Part shown: positions 55,323-64,000 of the stretch, piece by piece
How positions within the stretch are numbered: the stretch's first letter is position 1
Layout of the letters: each line of letters starts with the position of its first letter
Assembly: GCA_964016885.1 (NCBI GenBank)
Contig: OZ024746.1
Span: 65,410,001-65,474,000 of the forward strand
Direction of reading: 5' to 3'
DNA length: 64,000 nt
Origin: Eledone cirrhosa
Lineage: Eukaryota
Notes under the pieces: model-generated
The model's database searches: none
The model's input: the letters and a program-made list of their open reading frames with translations, nothing else
What the model was told of the DNA's origin: nothing
Position numbers and translations under genes: made by a program

Positions 55323-56470
55323 TTACTGTTCTTAGGCAGTGCTTCCCATGTTTGCAGTAGTCTATGCTTGCTGAAGTTGTTTCAAACTTTAGTTATAATT
55401 TACTAATTTATTTAATATTGTTTCTTTTTTTTCCCTTGCGGTGGATGATAAACTAAAATTTGTAGTGATATCGGTAATTGTAATCCTTATGGTTTTATCT
55501 GGCGGTGTTGCTCGTTCTAGCAGTAATAGCTGTGAATCATTATTGATGCTGGCAATCATGGTGATCATTATTGGGAATGTTGGGTGTAAAAGCGCAAACC
55601 AAAAGAGTTGGTTTTATATTTCATTTTGCAGCAATTTGACCTTATAGTTACTAAGTCTGATATCACATTTAGATAAGATTTTTAGTTTATTGTATCACGC
55701 TGGTCGTTTCCAAAGCATTATCTTTTATTTTCATATTTCCGATTTTTTAAACAACTTTTGCCATTCGGCTCCATTCTTTATCGTACTTCCATATTTTCTA
55801 TTATACTATCTCGTCTCATCCAATTTTTAATTTGTTTCTACTTCTACTCTTCTATATCTATCACGAATACATGGTAATTAATTTCTCCATTTCTTTTATA
55901 CATATATACAAACATCGATGGGGAAAAAAACATATGTACAATCAAACAAAGAAAGAAATACTACATATTCTATACGTATAAACACAACTGGCGTACCAAG
56001 TCTGGCTTTATTTCTAATACCATATAATTGCTGGATATTAAGTTATTTCATAGCATTATTCATCGATCCATTGTCTTGCTGGGGGAACAAATGGAGCGTG
56101 ACGGGTGAACAAGTGTTATCTCTATATAGAATTCATTTAAACATTCAATCAAGATTTCTTAAGAGGCACATACAAGTTATGTTAGTATCTTAGTCTGTAA
56201 AAAATGATATGTTGCTTTGTATCTGCGTGATTGGAATTCAAGGAAATATCTCCTTTTGAACAGTAGATACTTCGATGTGCACCACAATGCATGTCCATTC
56301 CCTTTCTATGTGTTGCTAGTTACCAAGTAAGGCTTATATATATATATTCATATATATATGCATACACACACACACATACATATATATATAAGTAGGGCTT
56401 ATATATATATAAGTAAGGCTTATATATATATATATATATAAGTAGGGGTTATATACATATATATAGGGAG

Positions 56471-56722
56471 AGAAGAAGTGATACAATAGTTAGTTCACCA
56501 TACTGAGAACAAATTTCACCTTATGCGGGTCTTTAGCTCGGGCTGGTGATGGTTATACGGAACAGATACAGCTGTTCCGTATAACCATGATCAGTCCGAG
56601 CTGAAGATCCGCATAAGGTGAAATTTGTTCTTGGTATGGTCAACTAACTGTTGTGTTACTACTTCTACCAAACTCGTCCCATGGACTGAGTGCTCTACCA
56701 CTACGGATATTACCTTCCAGTG
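56471..56722. mobile_element. HHR family H fold-back mini-element
   Basis: Arms 56471-56565 / 56572-56666 plus a 55-bp tail; homologous to 12354-12559. Confidence 0.85.
56596..56634 (+). ncRNA. Minimal hammerhead motif (family H; mutated mirror at 56503-56541 on minus)
   Basis: CCGAG-CTGAAGA-TCC-GCATAA-GGT-GAAA-TTTG-TT-CTTGG. The family consensus stem III appears to be AACAATTGTT. Confidence 0.65.
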
Positions 56723-56723
56723 C

Positions 56724-56817
<94 letters not shown>

Positions 56818-56819
<2 letters not shown>

Positions 56820-57179
56820 GCTAGGCTCTGTCTTAATAGCACCCCCACTCCAAGCTGGTTAACCTCAGTGTCACGTGATTGATTCTTTTGAATCTTGACC
56901 AAGAAGGCTTGAATCTTGACCAAGAATCTTGACCAAGAAGGCAGTGAATTTTTCAATGGCTTGGAATCTAGCCCCGCTCGCTTTTTTCCATCCACTGAAT
57001 TATTTTTATATAAGTTCCCAGTGTCCCCGCATTGCCTGGAAACTTAGCTGAGAATAGACTCCCTGATGACGTAAGGCTTCTCTATAGTTATTACGTAACT
57101 ATATTTATCCCCTTACAGAAACTAATTAGTTGGAGTGAAATTTTAGTAAGTCAATTTTCATAACTTTCTTATTTACGTC

Positions 57180-57184
<5 letters not shown>
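56818..57184 (+). mobile_element. HHR family F element between (TA)n tracts
   Basis: ~370-bp insert with internal gaatcttgaccaaga repeats and an HHR near the 3' end. Confidence 0.7.
57058..57136 (+). ncRNA. Type I hammerhead ribozyme (family F)
   Basis: ACTCC-CTGATGA-cGTAAGG...TATAGTTA-ttacg-TAACTATA...CCTTACa-GAAA-CTAATTAG-TT-GGAGT; stem III AACTAATTAGTT is a perfect palindrome. Confidence 0.85.
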
Positions 57185-57243
<59 letters not shown>

Positions 57244-57318
57244 CGGTTCTTATATATTTGATATATATTTATCCTTATCGAGCCCTCTTTGGATTTTAGT
57301 CTTTAAATTTATTATTAT

Positions 57319-57438
<120 letters not shown>

Positions 57439-57439
57439 G

Positions 57440-58130
57440 ATAAGTGTCACTCCTTTACAAAAGACGGCGATCTCTTCAACGAATCCCCTGCTATTATGAA
57501 CATTCACCAGCTACGAGCTGCCGGCCAGTTTCATGACTGAACAAGCTTTGTTTAGATCATTTCTTTCTAGACCCTTCTCATGTGGTATGTGTGAGAAATG
57601 CGTGAGAAATGCGTCCCGGAAAAGAGCTGCTCAGACGCTGAAGACTCTGCTGAATAAATTTCTCTTCTGTTTAACAGTGCAGTGACATTAGGATAAGGCT
57701 CGAGCCGCCCACATGTGACTAAGTGCTTCTAACCGGTCAATCTGCATACGTTACCACTCCACCACCACTGTGGGACTTGTGAAGAAATATCTGTACATAA
57801 AGATGGCCATGCTACTTTCTTATACTGCACACTAAGCAACCATTCTCCGCAGCTATGTGTCCTGTGATAAGCCAAGACAAAGCAACAGGACAGTTATGAG
57901 GATCGTATGTGTCATGGGGGTGTAGAGTTACTCCCTACGTTTGGCCACTTGCAGGTTGGTGAGGCTATTTAACCCTTAGTTGGAGTGGATGGCCGTTGAC
58001 TCTGTGGAGTTTATTTGCCCTTTGACAGCTCTTGTTTTTATGCTGCTGGGTTTCCACATACCCTCCTTGGGGGAGCTAGTTAAGACGCTGACCACCCGAC
58101 TCTGAAACAAGTCGTACTTGTTACAGGGTA
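57440..58130 (-). mobile_element. Diverged relative of the 490-888 RTE-like 5' region
   Basis: 57985-58130 aligns by eye with 700-860. Confidence 0.4.
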
Positions 58131-58234
58131 TGGTTATTTAAAAAAAAATAATTTGTAAAGGTTTTCCCTTAAAAAAATGTTTATAGTTTTGCCTTGTCAC
58201 TGTATTGTCCTCCATTTGTTCCCTTTTGAAAGTT

Positions 58235-58296
<62 letters not shown>

Positions 58297-59387
58297 ATGT
58301 ATGTGTATATATGAGTGTGCGTGTGTGTGTATTTTTGTGCCCGTTTAGCTACACGTTTGCAGGTGAGTATATCCCTTTCTTGTGATGTAGGAGAGCAATC
58401 CGAGAGTAGCCAATATCTTTCGTGTAATAAGAAAAGTAAAATTATAATCTGGATTAAGAAAAAACTGAATAATTGTATTTATAATAAGATAATTCACACA
58501 TATATATACACGTAAAAGTACGTTTCAGGGAAATTTATTTCTGATAAACCTTCAGGAAAATACAAACTAGTGATTTCTTTCTTTACACATTTAAATTATA
58601 TTATATTATATTTACATTTTATTTCATATCTCCTTTCGTGGGAAATTCCATCATTACTTATTATCCCCGTTGAGCCATCCACTGGGATTTCTGACGGTGA
58701 AAAGGACATTAATTAGTCAGTGACTGCTGGAACACATTTCACCCAGATAATATATATTTAGCGACAACTGTTTTTCTAATATACGTCGTTGTGCTGCGGT
58801 TCCGAAACTTATTTTGTAGCGGAACACGTATACGATGTTCCAAAACTCTTCGATTTCGTACTTACATTTTATGAACACTTCCCAACACTCCAATTCAAAA
58901 AGATATTAAATAAAACCAAGAATTGTTTTAGAGTCAATTTATTCTTAAAAAAAACAACATATTATTTTAAAATATTAAATGAGACCATACTTTACGAAAT
59001 CCCCAAATTTCTTCACAGATTTCCTTTGGGAAATATCAGTTTAAACAATACAGCAGTCTTTTTTCACTGGTTAAAAGAGAATGTCTTATGTAATGGATCG
59101 TCATGATCAGACCTACTTTAATTTTTTTCTCTTCAAATAGCCACATTCCAAGATGTATCTCTATACATAAAGATTACAATTCTATAGAGCATTTTAGTTT
59201 GATGCCTATTATTCTCTGCAGGTTGAATCGGAAATGTCACAATTGTTTCATATAAAATGTATTCTCTTGAGTTTCCCTATTACATCCATTTTCAAAATTC
59301 ATTAATAAATATATAAAATTATCTAAATTTGAAAATTGTAAAGGTGTATTTTAGTAAGGATACATTGAGTTTCTCCGATAAATGGTT

Positions 59388-59741
<354 letters not shown>

Positions 59742-60005
59742 GTGCAGGCACGTGGCCTAGTGGTAAGGCTGTTGGACTTACGATCATAATGTCGTGGGCT
59801 CGATTCCTGGGTTGCGTGTTGTGTTCTTGAGCAAAACACTTCATTTCACGTTGCTCCAGTATCCTCAGTTGAAAATGAGTACTAGCAATAGCTGGAGGTT
59901 TAGCCCTGCGATAGACTGGCGTTTTGTACGCTCAGTCGCTTCACACCATGAAACCGGGATAAGCACCGGCCAAATGAGCCTTCTGGCTTAAGACAGACTT
60001 TAGAG
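59742..60005 (+). mobile_element. tRNA-derived SINE, family 2
   Basis: A box TGGCCTAGTGG, B-like box GGCTCGATTCC, core cttgagcaaaacactt; tail shared with 16052-16138. Confidence 0.8.
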
Positions 60006-60026
60006 TTTATATATATATATATATAA

Positions 60027-62009
60027 ATGCTTATAGATAAAATCGAACAAGTCGATAACAGAATGAGATGGAACGCAATGGTTTACGATGGACTATTCAG
60101 TGCTGATACTAATGATTGTTTTGACATCAAATCCCGTAAATATCCACCTAGAATTAAAGACATGGCCAACTTCGAATTAGACCTTGTTAATCTAATTAGT
60201 GATATCAAATTTCGTAAGTACAATAATAACTTTCAAACTAAACTATCTAACGATATTTCTAATTTTAGAAATTCTACAAACACTTTTGTTCTTTCTGATA
60301 AAACTAAAAATCTCTTTGAAGTTAATAGTACTTTGTATAACCGACTTTTAACTAATTGTATTACCAACAAATAACAATTAACTAATAATAATACCTACAA
60401 TACTATCAATAAAGAAGCTAAAGAACTAGGTAGTTCTTTAAAAATAGACAACCGGATTGAAAGCCTAGCTAAGCGTAAAGAATATATTACCCTTAAAGAC
60501 CATAAATTGGACTTTACTAATCGACCTAGGTGTAGACTGATTAACCCGGCTAAATCCGAAGTTGGCCTTGCAAGTAAAAAAATCTTAAGAAAAATAATTC
60601 TCCAAATTAGAACTAACACTGACCTATCACAGTGGCTAAATACTTCCTCTGTTATTTCTTGGTTTAATAATATACAAGGTAAAAATAAGTGTAGATTTAC
60701 CCAATTTGATATTGTCGATTTTTACCCCTCTATTACTGTTTCCTTATTAACTAATGCCTTAGAATTTGCAAGACCCTTCATTAATATTTCTAAATTAGAA
60801 GAAGATATTATCTTTCATGCTAGAAACACTTTACTCTTTACTAATGAACATATTTGGGTTAAAAAGTCAAACCCTGAAAACTCTTTTGATGTTGCAATGG
60901 ATTCATATGACGGATTAGCAGTTTCTCATACCACCAACGGCCATAATCTTGATAAATTCCGTAAAGATTTAATCAATACTTTTGCTAATCTTAACCTTAA
61001 AATCACTATAGATACGAACCTTACTAATGCTAACTTTCTTGATATTAATCTTGATCTACTTACCGCCTCTTTTAAACCCTATCATAAACCTAATGAAAAT
61101 CTTAGGTATATACACAAAGAGTCTTGCCATCCCCCTATAGTTTTTATAATCTTATTCCTAACATTAGCCGTAGGATTTCTACCTTATCTTCATCTATAGA
61201 CATTTTTAATAAAGCCGCCCCTTATTATAATAAAGCCTTTAAGAACAGCGGTTTTACAGAAAAAAATTCTTATTTACCTAACCCCCCCCCGCCCCCCCCA
61301 AAAAAGAACTAACCACAATAACAGGAAAAGGAAAATTATTTGGTTCACACACCCCTTCTCTCTAACTGTCAAAACTAATGTAGGAAGGAAATTCCTTGAA
61401 CTCTTAGACAAACATTTTCCTCCTAATCATAGATATTATAAGATATTTAATAGGAACGTAGTTAAGATCAGTTACTCTTGTTGCCCATCTATGAGGTCCA
61501 AGATCACCAGTTCAAATCATACGAGAACAAATCCAGGATTCAGTTGCAGGAAGCCGGATGAATGCCCATTGCAGGGCAAATGTAACACCAAATCTGTTGT
61601 TTATGAGGCCAAAATAACACCGGTAATCAACAACCAGCCAGCCAGGAGTGAGCGATATGTCGGTATGACCCAGGACAGGTTTAAAACCAGATTTTACTCA
61701 CATGTCGCTTCTTTTGAGCACTCCGATAAACGAACATCAACGGCCCTCGCAAGTAAGGTGTGGGAATTCAAGGAGAGTAACATCCCGTATTCTATCGATT
61801 GGTCTATCTTAGACCATTCGAGGGAGTACAAAAGGGGCACAAAGAATTGTTCTTTGTGTACCACAGAAAAATATAGGATTTTGCTAAACTTGAGAGCCAC
61901 TTCCGCTTGCCTTAACTCAAAGACTGAGATCTTCAGATGCTGTCCTCATCTGAAATCACATCTGATCTGTAACTGGATTGACACTCCTATGATAAATCAA
62001 CCGCCTTGA
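60027..62009 (+). pseudogene. Naiad-type PLE RT + GIY-YIG pseudogene (stop, frameshifts, RT core deletion)
   Basis: SDKTKNLF, LKDHK, RLINPAKSEVG, FDIVDFYPSI, NFLDINL, SCHPP, SCR..ECPLQGKC...VVYEA, YVGMT, RFYSH, CSLC..EK, LNSKTE..C.H. Confidence 0.9.
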
Positions 62010-62879
62010 AATCCTTCTCTGCTCTTTACTTCTGCTACGGTTTTTTTTATTTGCTGAATCCACGTTCTGTACTCTGTTTTTTCTCCCTTATCTCCCCATA
62101 TATTTCACCTTTTCATATGTCCCGCCCCCATATATTCTTTTTACCTTACCCTTCACATACCAATATGTATGTGTATGTATGTGTATGTGTATATATATAT
62201 ATAACTCACCCACACACACACCCCAAAACAATTTTTTTTATCCACACGCCACCCACACCCACAACACGCTTAAACCACACACACGTGCTTCCCACCACAT
62301 ATTTACACCCTCAGCCCCCTGATTCCTCTCCCCCCCCCCTATCCACACACGCACAGACCCTCCGACCCCCCCCCCCCCACACACACCTTCCTGAACATGC
62401 AACCCCGTTCTTCCCCCAACCCTCACTTTCACATACACACACACACACACACACGCACACCTAACCACACACACCACCTTTAGCCCTCCCCGCTCGGACA
62501 CCCCGTCTCCCTCTCCCCACTCCACCCGCCACCACCTCTACTCACCCCACACCCTTCCACCACCTGTTTACCCCCCTTTTAATTTCAGTTTACTTTGATC
62601 ATGCCTTTATTTTTAAATTTTCTCATTCCTTGTATTTTGATCATGCTTTATTTTTATTTATTATTTATTATATTTTGTCTTTATTTGTTAATTTTTCATT
62701 CGCACCGTTTCCTTTCGCTATATGTCTCTCCACCACTCCCCTACATACCTTTTGAACTCTCACCTGAAGAAGGGCTTATGCCCGAATCGTCGTCCCCCAC
62801 CTACCCCCCACTCTCCTGAGCGTGAATTTAATAAACATTTATCGTACTGCCTCTCTGTTCTGTCCCTGTTCAATTTTTC

Positions 62880-62881
<2 letters not shown>
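62010..62881 (+). mobile_element. 3' UTR/pLTR of the second Naiad element with degenerate HHR (62760-62795)
   Basis: tcac-CTGAAGA-A-GGGC-TTAT-GCCC-GAAT-CGTCGTC (GAAA changed to GAAT); ends at (TA)n. Confidence 0.6.
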
Positions 62882-62952
<71 letters not shown>

Positions 62953-63139
62953 ATATATATGTATATGTAGATAGACCAGGCTTTTTTCATTCTGAGGATT
63001 GAAGGCAAAATTGTTTTGCTTTTAAGAAACCACTGGTGAATGGAATAATTGCCTTATGTTGCTTATTACATTACTACTATATATATGTATATGTAAGGTT
63101 CATATGAATTATCTAAGATTGAGTTTTACACACACATAT

Positions 63140-64000
<861 letters not shown>

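Overview
AT-rich, repeat-dominated eukaryotic DNA. The tRNA-derived SINEs and the dense TA/CA microsatellites resemble octopod (cephalopod) genomes; this is from recall, not a database match. No host gene could be firmly identified, and almost all ORFs in the track are microsatellite artefacts. Real coding content is retroelement-derived: one open 759-aa Penelope-like (PLE, Naiad-type RT + GIY-YIG) ORF at 45458-47737, decayed PLEs (23027-26660, 52010-52250, 60027-62881), RTE/CRE/R4-like LINE fragments, a non-autonomous Helitron and about 15 SINEs. The main hidden structure is RNA-level: more than 20 type I hammerhead-ribozyme (HHR) motifs or remnants from roughly 10-12 sequence-unrelated families. 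Most lie in short head-to-head fold-back elements inserted into (TA)n tracts, so many loci carry a ribozyme motif on each strand. Six of these families share a YGAGT(R)CT-like motif about 35-65 nt from their 3' junction, and several inverted arms start within a few nt of the predicted cleavage site. All folds were done by eye; none were computed or tested.
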